The notes below the pieces were generated by a model, which did no database searches, was not told the DNA's origin, and saw only the letters and a program-made list of their open reading frames with translations. From Nitrospirota bacterium (lineage in GTDB: Bacteria > Nitrospirota > UBA9217), in contig CAVUCU010000001.1 in the NCBI GenBank assembly GCA_963740085.1, positions 128,001 through 192,000 on the forward strand: a DNA stretch of 64,000 nt. The letters are read 5' to 3'. Position 1 is the stretch's first letter, and every line of letters begins with the position of its first letter. The position numbers and the translations under genes were made by a program. This document shows positions 40,621 to 50,309 of the stretch, in pieces.

Positions 40621-41616
40621 TTAACAGATCCTCGGCAACTGCTCGCCCTGCAGCATGTCAATGATGCGGGTCCCGCCGATCGCGGTTTCGAGCAGGACGC
40701 CGCCGGAAGGAGATTCCACAACCTCGCCGATGATGACGGCATGACGACCAAACTCGTGCTGATGCATTGCGGTCACGACAGCCCCTGCCACGGATGCATC
40801 TACGATAGCAATGAGTATCCCCTCGTTTGCCACAAAGATCGGATCGAGACCGAGAAGACTGCATGCTCCTTTCACGCCCGGAGGTATTGGAAGGGAGGGT
40901 TCCAGGATACGCATGCAGAGACCCGACTCCAGTGCCGCTTCTTTAAGCGTCGTAGCCAGTCCGCCGCGTGTAGGGTCGCGCATAAAGCGGATCCCGTTCG
41001 AGGCCGCATACATTACACTGACGAGGCCATTCAACGCCCTCGAATCGCTCGTAACAGGCGGATCAAAGGTGAGCCCGTTCCGTTCCGACATGACTGCAAC
41101 ACCGTGGCTGCCGATATCGCCGCTGATAATAACCTTGTCGCCTTTTTTGACATTTGATCCGGAAATTTCCCGTCCCTCAGGCACGACACCTATGCCGGAG
41201 GTATTGATGAATATCCCGTCCGCCTTGCCCTTGTTCACCACCTTGGTATCGCCCGCAACGATTTTTACCCCGGATTGCCGAGCAGCGACAGCCATGGACG
41301 AAATGATGGCCTTGAGATCTGCAAGAGGGAACCCTTCTTCGATCACAAATCCCGCGGTGAGATACAGCGGCTCCGCCCCGGAAACAGCAAGATCGTTCAC
41401 CGTGCCGTTCACCGCAAGATCGCCGATGTTGCCTCCGGGAAAGAAGAGCGGGGTGACCACATAGGAATCGGTGGTGTATGCAAGCCTGTGTGACGGCACG
41501 CTGACGTACGCTGAATCACCTGATTTCTGAATGTCAAAAGCAGGCCCGAAATGCGTTCGGATAAGTTCGTGCATCAGTTTGCCGCCACTGCCGTGCCCCA
41601 GGAGAATTCTATCCAT
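40621..41616 (-). CDS. hypE: Hydrogenase maturation protein HypE
   Basis: GHGSGG, TTDSYVV, RDPTRGG and C-terminal LPRIC. Confidence 0.97.
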   Translation of the reverse strand: MDRILLGHGSGGKLMHELIRTHFGPAFDIQKSGDSAYVSVPSHRLAYTTDSYVVTPLFFPGGNIGDLAVNGTVNDLAVSGAEPLYLTAGFVIEEGFPLADLKAIISSMAVAARQSGVKIVAGDTKVVNKGKADGIFINTSGIGVVPEGREISGSNVKKGDKVIISGDIGSHGVAVMSERNGLTFDPPVTSDSRALNGLVSVMYAASNGIRFMRDPTRGGLATTLKEAALESGLCMRILEPSLPIPPGVKGACSLLGLDPIFVANEGILIAIVDASVAGAVVTAMHQHEFGRHAVIIGEVVESPSGGVLLETAIGGTRIIDMLQGEQLPRIC

Positions 41617-42674
41617 GATAATTCCCGTATTTATAATATGCAGCACAGCTCCCCTCGGTGCTGACCATGCATGGCCCGATAGGATTTTCCGGCGTGCACC
41701 CGGTCCCGAACAGCGCGCATTCTGTCGGGACCTTTACCCCTCGAAGGATATCGCCGCAGGAGCAAAGCTCAGGTTCTGTGGCAGTCAGAGATCGGGGGAT
41801 GGAACCGTATATTCGCGTCAAATGCCGTGTAGTGCTCTCTGAGCTTCAGTCCGCTCCCGGGGATAACACCGATCCCCCGCCAGTAGGCGTCGGCAGACTC
41901 GAAATATTTCTCAAGGAGGGCAACGGCCCGCGGATTTCCTTCCGGGCGAACAACACTCGTATATTGGATCTCGATTGCCGACCTTTTTTCCGCAATCTGC
42001 CGCACGATCATAAGAATGCCCTCGATGATCTCCCCGGCCGCGAACCCGGTCACTACTGACGGTTTTTTATACTGTGCGGCTACGAACTCATACGGGTGAG
42101 TGCCGATGATCGTGCTGACATGGCCCGGCAGGATGAAGCCGTCCACTTGAACATCCGGCGAATCGAGCAGAGCTTTCAACGCGGGCGGTACAAGCTTATG
42201 CGCGGTGAAAATAGTAAAATTTTTCGTTCCCGCCGACTCGGCATGGGCGATTGTGCCTGCAATAAGCGGAGAGGTGGTCTCAAATCCTGTTGCAAAGAAC
42301 ACGACCTCCTTCTCCGGCGACTTTTGAGCAAGCGTCAGCGCATCAATGGGAGAATAGAGCACGCGTACATCAGCACCCTCGGATCGCGCTTCAAGAAGCG
42401 ACCCATTTCCACCCGGGACCCGCATCATATCACCAAAGGTCGCAAGAATGACCCCCGGGTTCCTCGCGATCGCGATCGCTGCATCCACGTCATGCACCGA
42501 GGTCACACATACCGGACAACCGGGCCCGCTTAAGAGCGTGATGTTTTTCGGGATCACATCGCGGATCCCGTGCCTGAAGATCTCGACGGTGTGAGTACCG
42601 CAAACCTCCATAAGCTTCAGCGGCCTGTTGATATCGGCCGTCAGTTGATGCAATTCATCAAGCATTTTTTTCAT
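41609..42674 (-). CDS. hypD: Hydrogenase maturation protein HypD, apparent frameshift in a G5 run near 41794-41798
   Basis: MEVCGTHT, GPGCPVC, GFETT, PGHVS; the C-terminal CSCG...C...CTPENPIGPCMVSTEGSC is in another frame. Removing one base restores the frame. Confidence 0.92.
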
Positions 42675-42691
42675 TGTATTGTCCGCGCCCC

Positions 42692-45106
42692 TCACTCCTT
42701 GAGCCGCTCCCTGACCAGATACGCCTGCCCCAGAGAAATACACGCGTCATTACAGGGAACCTTATGATTCAGAAAAACGTTCAAGCCGTTCCAGGACAGC
42801 ACTTTGATCACCCTGTTCAGAATATAAAGGTTCTGAAATGTGCCGCCGCTCAAGGCAACATCATTGAGCCCAAACTGTTCACTCAACTCACTCACCATCG
42901 CGCGAACAACCGATACTATGGTATTGTGAAACTTCGCTGAGATTATTCCTGCTGCTGTTCCATGTGCGAGGTCGTTGTTGATGATCGTCAGGATAACCGG
43001 GGAGAAGTCGATGACAGTATACCCATTTTCTTTCTTGAACTCAACGTGATACTCGTCATCGATCCCCTCCTGCGCAATAGCCTCCAGTGCCATTGCCGCC
43101 TCGCCTTCGAACGTATTCCGGTCACCGATGCCGAGCAGTGCGGACACTGCATCGAACAGCCGCCCTGCCCCCGAGGCGAGGGGTGAAAATTCGCGCGATC
43201 GCGCGACGATCATAAGGTTCTCGATCATTTCCCTGCCGTATTTTTTGGCAAACCCTATCCGTTCCAGACAGTCGAAGGCGTTATCGCCTGCGGCCTCCAT
43301 AACATAACTTACGGCTGTCTTCCATGGTTCTTTGATCGCAGCTTCTCCGCCGGGTAACGGGACATATTTGAACTGTCCGACCCTGTCGAAACCCCCGATA
43401 TCTGCAATAAGGAATTCCCCGCCCCAGAGATTGCCGTCAATACCATACCCGGTTCCGTCGAATGCAACACCGATGACCTTTGTCGTCAAACCATGCTCGG
43501 CCATCACCGATCCAATATGAGCATAGTGATGCTGGATTCCGAATTTCTTTATGCTGTTCTCTTCCCCCTGACTCCCTTCCCCTGACCCCTGATTCACCGC
43601 CCCCTGCTCCGCCGCCCATTTCGTCGAAAGGTAGCCGGGATGCAGATCATGGACAATCGCCACCGGTTCAGATCGATAGACGGCCTTAAGATTTGCCAAA
43701 CACTCTTCAAAAAAACTCACGGTCTCGTAATTTTCCATGTCCCCCACATGCTGGCTGGGGATCGCAAACGATCCCTTGGTAAGCGTGAAGGTATTTTTCA
43801 AATCAGCGCCGCAGCCGAGCACTTCCGGTCCTTCGTCGTGAAGGGGAATGGGGTCAGGCGCGAATCCGCGGGATCTTCGAAGAAACTGCAGTTCATATTT
43901 CGGGGTCCGAAGTTCGGAGTTGATTGCTCTCCCAACTCCCGGCTCCCCGCTCCGGACCCGAATCACCGAATCATCGACTCGCATGAATATATCACGGTCG
44001 TGCAGGAGGAACCCGTCAACGATACCGGAAAGCTTCCGGATGGCCTCATCATTATCGCGTACGATAGGTTCTTCCGACAAGTTGCCGCTCGTCATTACCA
44101 GCGCCTTGAAATGCGGGTCCTTGATTTGAGCGCCGGATTCGGGCGGATGAGTGAACAAAAGAGCATGCAAGGGCGTGTAGGGCAGCATACACCCGATATA
44201 ATTATTATTCGGCGATACAGCCGCGGCAAGCACATCATGGCCATTCTTGCGCAACAAAACGATAGGCCGCCTGTTCGACTGCAGAACCTTCCGCTCCTCA
44301 TCAGAAATGGCGCAGTATTGCTCTACACAAGAGATATCATTCGACATGACCGCAAAGGGCTTATTACTCTTTCTTTTCTTTTCCCTCAATCTTGCGACGG
44401 CATCATCGTTACCTGCATCACAGGCAATATGAAACCCGCCGAGGCCCTTGATGGCGACTATACCACCGTCCCTCAATAGCTGGATTGCCGTTGTAATGGC
44501 CTTTGATCCCCGAGCCCCCGACTCCGGACCTCTCACTCTGAACTCGACCCGTGGCCCGCAGGCAGGACATGCATTCGGCTGGGCATGGAATCTCCGGTCG
44601 CGGGGATCGAAGTATTCCCTGAGACAATCAGGACACATCGTGAAATGGGCCATCGTGGTATTCGGCCGGTCATAGGGAACTGACCGGGTGATGGAATAGC
44701 GCGGCCCGCAATTCGTACAATTGATAAAGGGGTAAAGGTATCGCCTGTCAGAGGGATCCAGCAGTTCCCGGAGGCAATCGTCGCACGTCGAGGTGTCGGG
44801 GGATACAAGGGTAAAGGAACGACCAGCCGCAGTGTCGGTGCTGGCAAGAATGGCAAAATCAGTATACCCGTGATGGGGCAGCGAAGTTACGGTGACATCC
44901 GTTATCCGGGAGAGCGACGGAGATTCGCTGCGAATGCGCTGGACAAAATCGGCAACCCGCGCTCCCTCGATGTCGACCAGAACGCCCTCACTGGTGTTCG
45001 TTACATATCCCTTGAGACCAAGAGACTCGGCAAGGTTATAGACTGAGGGCCTGAAACCGACGCCCTGCACGATGCCTTTAATTATGATCTGAACCCGCTC
45101 AACCAT
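42692..45106 (-). CDS. hypF: Carbamoyltransferase HypF
   Basis: GIVQGVGFRP, CDDC, CTNCGPRY, CPDC, CPACGP, HDLHP, QHHYAH and DGTGYG motifs. Confidence 0.97.
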   Translation of the reverse strand: MVERVQIIIKGIVQGVGFRPSVYNLAESLGLKGYVTNTSEGVLVDIEGARVADFVQRIRSESPSLSRITDVTVTSLPHHGYTDFAILASTDTAAGRSFTLVSPDTSTCDDCLRELLDPSDRRYLYPFINCTNCGPRYSITRSVPYDRPNTTMAHFTMCPDCLREYFDPRDRRFHAQPNACPACGPRVEFRVRGPESGARGSKAITTAIQLLRDGGIVAIKGLGGFHIACDAGNDDAVARLREKKRKSNKPFAVMSNDISCVEQYCAISDEERKVLQSNRRPIVLLRKNGHDVLAAAVSPNNNYIGCMLPYTPLHALLFTHPPESGAQIKDPHFKALVMTSGNLSEEPIVRDNDEAIRKLSGIVDGFLLHDRDIFMRVDDSVIRVRSGEPGVGRAINSELRTPKYELQFLRRSRGFAPDPIPLHDEGPEVLGCGADLKNTFTLTKGSFAIPSQHVGDMENYETVSFFEECLANLKAVYRSEPVAIVHDLHPGYLSTKWAAEQGAVNQGSGEGSQGEENSIKKFGIQHHYAHIGSVMAEHGLTTKVIGVAFDGTGYGIDGNLWGGEFLIADIGGFDRVGQFKYVPLPGGEAAIKEPWKTAVSYVMEAAGDNAFDCLERIGFAKKYGREMIENLMIVARSREFSPLASGAGRLFDAVSALLGIGDRNTFEGEAAMALEAIAQEGIDDEYHVEFKKENGYTVIDFSPVILTIINNDLAHGTAAGIISAKFHNTIVSVVRAMVSELSEQFGLNDVALSGGTFQNLYILNRVIKVLSWNGLNVFLNHKVPCNDACISLGQAYLVRERLKE

Positions 45107-45726
45107 GTGGCCCATGCATCGATCCCTGCGCCGCTCGTGCAAGAGACCTCGAATATCTTCAGTTTTGGATTGAGCGCAAGTGAATCGTTCCGAACTTTGT
45201 TCATATCGGTATTCATGTACGGCAGCAGGTCCATCTTGTTCAGGACCAGGGCCGATGACTCGCGGAACATGAGCGGATATTTGAGCGGCTTGTCGTGTCC
45301 TTCGGCGATCGAAAGCACCATCATTTTCATGTCTTCGCCCACCTTGAACTCGGCCGGGCAGACAAGATTTCCGACGTTCTCTATGATCAGCATGTCGAGG
45401 TCGCGAAGCGGCAGATCGTCCAGCACCTCACTGACCATATTCGCATCCAGATGGCACGCCCCGCCCGTATTGATCTGCACCACCGGAACGTTCAGGGCGC
45501 TGATGCGTTCTGCATCGTCGGAACCAACGATGTCCCCTTCTACCACGCCGATCTTCAGATGGGGTTTAAGGGCCTGGATCGTCCGTTCAAGTAGCGTGGT
45601 CTTACCCGCCCCGGGTGCTCCCATGAGGTTGACAACGTAAACACCCGCCTCGTGGAACCGCTTCCGGTTCTCCTCGGCAATACGGTCGTTTGCTTCAAGA
45701 ATGCGGGTGACGACCTTGACCTTCAT
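45082..45726 (-). CDS. hypB: Hydrogenase nickel-incorporation GTPase HypB
   Basis: GAGKTT, CHLDA, ENVGNLVCP and EGHDKPLKYP motifs. Confidence 0.96.
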   Translation of the reverse strand: MKVKVVTRILEANDRIAEENRKRFHEAGVYVVNLMGAPGAGKTTLLERTIQALKPHLKIGVVEGDIVGSDDAERISALNVPVVQINTGGACHLDANMVSEVLDDLPLRDLDMLIIENVGNLVCPAEFKVGEDMKMMVLSIAEGHDKPLKYPLMFRESSALVLNKMDLLPYMNTDMNKVRNDSLALNPKLKIFEVSCTSGAGIDAWATWLSGFRS

Positions 45727-46265
45727 CAGTTGATCTCCATATCCACGATTTCCATCTCGCGGCCGGTCTTTATTTCAAAGGACTTGGAACCGCAAAGGGG
45801 GCAGGAGAAGACGTACTGGGCATCATCGACGGTAAAGTCCTTTTTGCAATCATTGCAGACGCCGCCGACAGGAACCGATTCTATAACCAGATGGGCATTC
45901 TTTGCCACTGTATTGTCCTTGGCCGCATCGAAGGCGAAAACAAGGGAGTCGGGCATGACTCCGGCGGCTTTTCCGATACGGACATTGATCGAATCGACGG
46001 ACCGGCATCCTTCTTCCCTGCATTTTGTCTGGACGATATCGAGAATGCTCAGTGCTAGCGATGCCTCATGCATAATCTCACCTGAGTCAATTGTTTCCTT
46101 GTCGATTGTTTGTATAGCAAAACCGGCATGAACGAGCACATAATCGCCCACGTTCGGCTCTTCCGGCAGAAGCATGATGCTGACCTGCCGTTGAGCCCCA
46201 TATACATCGATAGTCGCGATAAGATTATCTATACTGACGATTTTTGAGGGGACTGCAAGACACAT
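45726..46265 (-). CDS. In-frame HypC-HypA fusion
   Basis: MCLAVP...GDYVLVHAGFAI (HypC) runs without a stop into MHEASLA...CNDC...CPLCGS (HypA; internal ATG at 46073). Confidence 0.88.
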   Translation of the reverse strand: MCLAVPSKIVSIDNLIATIDVYGAQRQVSIMLLPEEPNVGDYVLVHAGFAIQTIDKETIDSGEIMHEASLALSILDIVQTKCREEGCRSVDSINVRIGKAAGVMPDSLVFAFDAAKDNTVAKNAHLVIESVPVGGVCNDCKKDFTVDDAQYVFSCPLCGSKSFEIKTGREMEIVDMEIN

Positions 46266-46810
46266 TCGATGTTCCAATCTTTCAATTTCTTCAGCACATG
46301 ATCGATTATTGTATTTAACTGCTCTCGGACCTCAAGTGTCATCTCAAGACCGACATCAAGATATTTCGGCTGCACGCCGACGAGACAGACATCGGGAGGT
46401 GTATCCCGCATGAGTTTGGCGGCAAAGAGCACATCGGAGAGGCCTATATGGTGCACGGACAGCTTGGAATTCAACACCGAAGGGATATCATTCCCATTAA
46501 GGACACCAACATGACCTGCTTTTTTCCCAAAGTCCACTGCATCGATGATCAATATCTTATCACGCGTTTGAAAAATGGGCAAAAGGTCAAGCCCCATGGT
46601 TCCCCCGTCAATCAGATCAATTTCTGGAGAAAATAAATATCGCTCTTTCAGCAAATCGATCACATGTACGCCGACGCCTTCATCAGAGAGGAGGATGTTT
46701 CCTATGCCTAAAACAGTAACACGCCCGGTGTCACTATCGTCTGTAATCACCGGGCGTGCCTTAGAAACCTGATTACTATTTCCAGATCCCACTATTGATT
46801 TTACTCCCAT
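46229..46810 (-). CDS. Hydrogenase maturation endopeptidase (HyaD/HybD)
   Basis: GIGNILLSDEGVGV, IDGGT, IDAVD and SVHHIG motifs. Confidence 0.93.
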   Translation of the reverse strand: MGVKSIVGSGNSNQVSKARPVITDDSDTGRVTVLGIGNILLSDEGVGVHVIDLLKERYLFSPEIDLIDGGTMGLDLLPIFQTRDKILIIDAVDFGKKAGHVGVLNGNDIPSVLNSKLSVHHIGLSDVLFAAKLMRDTPPDVCLVGVQPKYLDVGLEMTLEVREQLNTIIDHVLKKLKDWNIECVLQSPQKSSV

Positions 46811-47466
46811 TCTTTTCCGGTTACGAACTTATACCCGCCGAATATCGAACCCATTACACCATTCTTTTCCACGGAATCGAGATACCACCCGATGTACACA
46901 TGGATCAAAGTAAATGCTATCAGGAGGTACATGACCAGGTGATGCCACAGCCTGATCGTCTGCACATTCATGATCTGCACAAGCCAGCCGCCGGCGATCA
47001 TCAGGAAAAAGCTGTGAAGATGGCTTTGGGAATACAAAGCGAACCCTGTCAGCATCTCGAAGATAAACAACAAGAACACTCCGAGATACGTGATCGACGC
47101 CACTGCCGAATGGCCGACGGCATAGGGCGGCTGCTTTCTGAGAAACAGGTAGAATTTCAGCCCGCTCAGCATGTCTTCCCTTTGCCGCTTCCTCAGCGGG
47201 ATAAACACCCTCCAACTGGCGTACTTATTGCCGGCAAACATCCAGTAAATACGAATGATCATGCTGAAAAGAAACACGTAGCCCACAACAAAATGAAGAA
47301 ACCGTATCCACCCCATTATGTACTGCTGCGTGGACACCGCATGCATGAACGGGTTCCCAATATAGAACCCCGTAATGCAGAAGGCGACCAAACAGAGGGC
47401 GTTTATCCAGTGGGTAAAGCGGACCGGAAACTCCCATGCATATACTCGAATCCTGTTAGCCTGCAT
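46801..47466 (-). CDS. Ni/Fe-hydrogenase b-type cytochrome subunit
   Basis: WEFPVRFTHW, RFLH, RIYW, LWHH and IHVY; four TM helices. Confidence 0.93.
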   Translation of the reverse strand: MQANRIRVYAWEFPVRFTHWINALCLVAFCITGFYIGNPFMHAVSTQQYIMGWIRFLHFVVGYVFLFSMIIRIYWMFAGNKYASWRVFIPLRKRQREDMLSGLKFYLFLRKQPPYAVGHSAVASITYLGVFLLFIFEMLTGFALYSQSHLHSFFLMIAGGWLVQIMNVQTIRLWHHLVMYLLIAFTLIHVYIGWYLDSVEKNGVMGSIFGGYKFVTGKEWE

Positions 47467-47482
47467 GGCACACCTCCTCTCG

Positions 47483-49198
47483 CTAAACGATCCTGATCTT
47501 AGTTACTTCCTTCCCCTCGGCATCCACGACATGCACAGCGCAGGCCATGCATGGATCGAAAGAATGAATTGTACGAAGAATCTCGACCGGTTTGTTCGGA
47601 TCTGCGACCGGAGTGCCGATCAGGGATGCTTCATAAGGACCTCTCTGGCCTTTTGCGTCTCGAGGAGATCCGTTCCACGTACTCGGCACGACACACTGAT
47701 AATTCGCTATCTTTCCATCCTTTATTCGGATCCAGTGGCCGAGACAACCTCGCGGCGCCTCGTGGAAACCAACGCCTTTTGCTTCCTTGGGCCAGGTTGA
47801 GGGATCCCACTTCTCCCCATTGTGGATCCTGAGGTCTCCCTTTTTCATATTGGCCGTAAGCTCGTCAAGCCATGTTGGCAGCATCTCGGCTGTTACGAGG
47901 GTCTCGATGCCGCGAGCTGCAGTTCGACCGAGGGTGGAAAACAATGCTGCCGGACCGACATCCAGTTTCTTTAGCACCATGTTCACAACTTCCTGGACGC
48001 GTTTGTGTCCTGAGCCATAGGCGACCAGCATCCGGGCCAAAGGACCGACTTCCATGGGCATCTCGTCATACCGCGGAGCCTTGACCCAGGAGTACTTCTT
48101 GCTCTCACTCACAAAGCCGTTCTCGAAGGGAGGTTTCGGTCCAGAATACTTGAAATTGGTTTCTCCATCATAGGGATGAACCGATTTTGCATCGCCTTCC
48201 TTGTATTCGTACCAGGAATGGCTCACATATTCCATGATCTTTGTCTGGTCTACAGGATGCACCTTTGTCAGATCTTTGTTCTTTATGATCCCTCTCGGTA
48301 ACCACAGGTTCGTAGAATCAGGAGTGGAATCATTCGGGAAATCGCCACAAGCAAGGAAGTTTCCCACACCTCCGCCATAAGAAGCCCATTCCTTGTAGAA
48401 AGAGGCGACCGCAAGCAGATCGGGGACATAAACCTTGGCCACAAAATCATGGGCCTTTTTGGCGAGACCGCTAATAAAGGCAATGCTGCCCGCATTCAGT
48501 GCATGTTGACTGTTCGGATCTACCGGGATGGACATGCCGCCGACCAGATAGGTCTGGGCATGGGGGTTCTTGGCCCCGAGGAGAGCCTGAATCTTGATAA
48601 CATCGCGCTGCCAATCGAGCGCCTCAAGATAGTGCGCAACAGCCATCAGATTCGCTTCAGCCGGAAGCTTGTAGGCCGGATGCCCCCAATAGCCGTTCGC
48701 GAAAATCCCCAACTGACCACTTTCCACGAGTGTTTTGACTTTCTGCTGGACTCCCTTGAAATACGTCGCAGAATTATTTGGCCAGTCGGAGATCGACATT
48801 GCCAGAGACGACGTTTTTGAAGGATCGGCCTTCAGTGCACTCACCACGTCTACCCAGTCAAGTGCATGCAGATGATAAAAATGGATCACGTGATCCTGTA
48901 CATACTGGATTCCCAGGATCAGATTCCGGATGATGCGGGCATTATCAGGGATTACGATACCTAAAGCGTTTTCGACAGCTCGGACCGAGCTGGTTGCGTG
49001 AACCGTTGTTCAGACCCCTCAAATGCGTTGGGTGAACAGCCACGCATCTCGCGGATCCCGGTCCTTCACAATAAGCTCGATGCCGCGGAACATGGTGCTT
49101 GATGACCAGGCATCAACAACCTTTCCGCCTTCTACCTGAGCTTCGATCCTTAAATGACCTTCAATTCTTGTGATAGGATCTATTGCAATCTTCGGCAT
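47483..49198 (-). CDS. Group 1 [NiFe]-hydrogenase large subunit with two in-frame UGA codons in the L1 motif (predicted Sec60 and Sec63)
   Basis: Manual translation from ATG 49198 (RBS AGGAGG): MPKIAIDPITRIEGHL...MFRGIE...QRI*GV*TTVHA, continuous with ORF 47483-48889, which ends DPCMACAVH plus a cleavable tail; 572 codons in total. Confidence 0.93.
48976..48992 (-). promoter_or_regulatory. Candidate SECIS hairpin of the hydrogenase large subunit
   Basis: mRNA CAGCUCG-GUC-CGAGCUG, a perfect 7-bp stem; the loop is 24 nt after the second UGA and 33 nt after the first. Confidence 0.75.
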
Positions 49199-49232
49199 AG
49201 TCCCTCCTCCTTAGATTAATGAATATATCGTT

Positions 49233-50309
49233 TCAATCCTTTTTTTCCTCGTCACTTTTGGGTTTCATGGCCCTGCCGATGCCATGCGCTGCCAGACCAA
49301 CCGCTGTAGCGACCGCCAGTCCGACTCCGATTTTGTCAGCCGTTGATTCAACGCCAAATCCAGGAACGTTCGGCAGCCTCTTATAGAATGGGTACATCGT
49401 GTCCCAGTTATTATCAGCTGCGCATGCGATGCACCCGTGACCTCCCTGCACCGGCCAGCTGGTTCCCTCATTATATTTTATTGTAGGACAATTCAGATTT
49501 GCTTCAGGCCCCTTGCATCCCATTTCATAAAGACACCACCCCTGGCGGTGTCCCTCATCCCCCCAGGTTCTGACAAACTGACCCGCATCGAAATGCGCTC
49601 TTCTCTCGCAATTGTCATGGACCCGTTGACCGTGAGCAAAAAGCGGCCGGTTATGGCTGTCCAACTGAGGCAACGAGCCAAATGTAAGAAAATGGACGAT
49701 GGTCGCGGTGAGATTTTCAGGATTGACGGGACAGCCGGGAAGATTCACAACCGTTGCCCCCGGTACAGCCTCCTTTACGCCGACAGCACCCGTCGGATTT
49801 GGTTTGGCGCTAGGGATGCCGCCCCATGAAGCACAGGATCCGATCGCGAGTGTGGCAGCTGCATTGCCGCATACTTCCCTGGCTATGGAAAGAGCTGTCC
49901 TGCCGGCTACGGTACAATAGATTCCGCCATCTGCCATCGGTATAGCGCCCTCAACGATTGTGATATATTTACCCTTCTGATTTTTCACAACATCTGCAAG
50001 AGACTTTTCAGCCATCTTCCCGGAAGGTGCCATTATCGTTTCATGGTATTCAAGGGATATGACGTCGAGCACAATCTGAGCAATCGTAGGTTTGCTCGCG
50101 CGGAGCGTTGCCTCTGAATCTCCGGCACAATCCGAGAATTCAAGCCACACAACATACGGTTTCTGAGCTTTCTCTAATGCCTCGGCAATCTTGGATATGT
50201 ATGATGCCGGCAGTGCCAACGTTGCGGCCATAGCAGCGCAAAATTTCATAAAATCACGCCGCGATACACCGCGCTTGACAAGACCCTGGTACACACTCTC
50301 GTCCCGCAT
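49233..50309 (-). CDS. [NiFe]-hydrogenase small subunit, Tat-exported, C-terminal membrane anchor
   Basis: SRRDFMK; DCAGD, GSCASWGG, PGCP, HDNCERR, WCLYEMGCKGP and WPVQGGHGCIAC motifs. Confidence 0.96.
   Translation of the reverse strand: MRDESVYQGLVKRGVSRRDFMKFCAAMAATLALPASYISKIAEALEKAQKPYVVWLEFSDCAGDSEATLRASKPTIAQIVLDVISLEYHETIMAPSGKMAEKSLADVVKNQKGKYITIVEGAIPMADGGIYCTVAGRTALSIAREVCGNAAATLAIGSCASWGGIPSAKPNPTGAVGVKEAVPGATVVNLPGCPVNPENLTATIVHFLTFGSLPQLDSHNRPLFAHGQRVHDNCERRAHFDAGQFVRTWGDEGHRQGWCLYEMGCKGPEANLNCPTIKYNEGTSWPVQGGHGCIACAADNNWDTMYPFYKRLPNVPGFGVESTADKIGVGLAVATAVGLAAHGIGRAMKPKSDEEKKD

Noticed and set aside
47483-49198. Hydrogenase large subunit as a pseudogene with two nonsense mutations
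   Set aside because: Both stops are TGA exactly at the L1 Cys positions, are followed by a SECIS-like hairpin, and the rest of the gene shows no decay.
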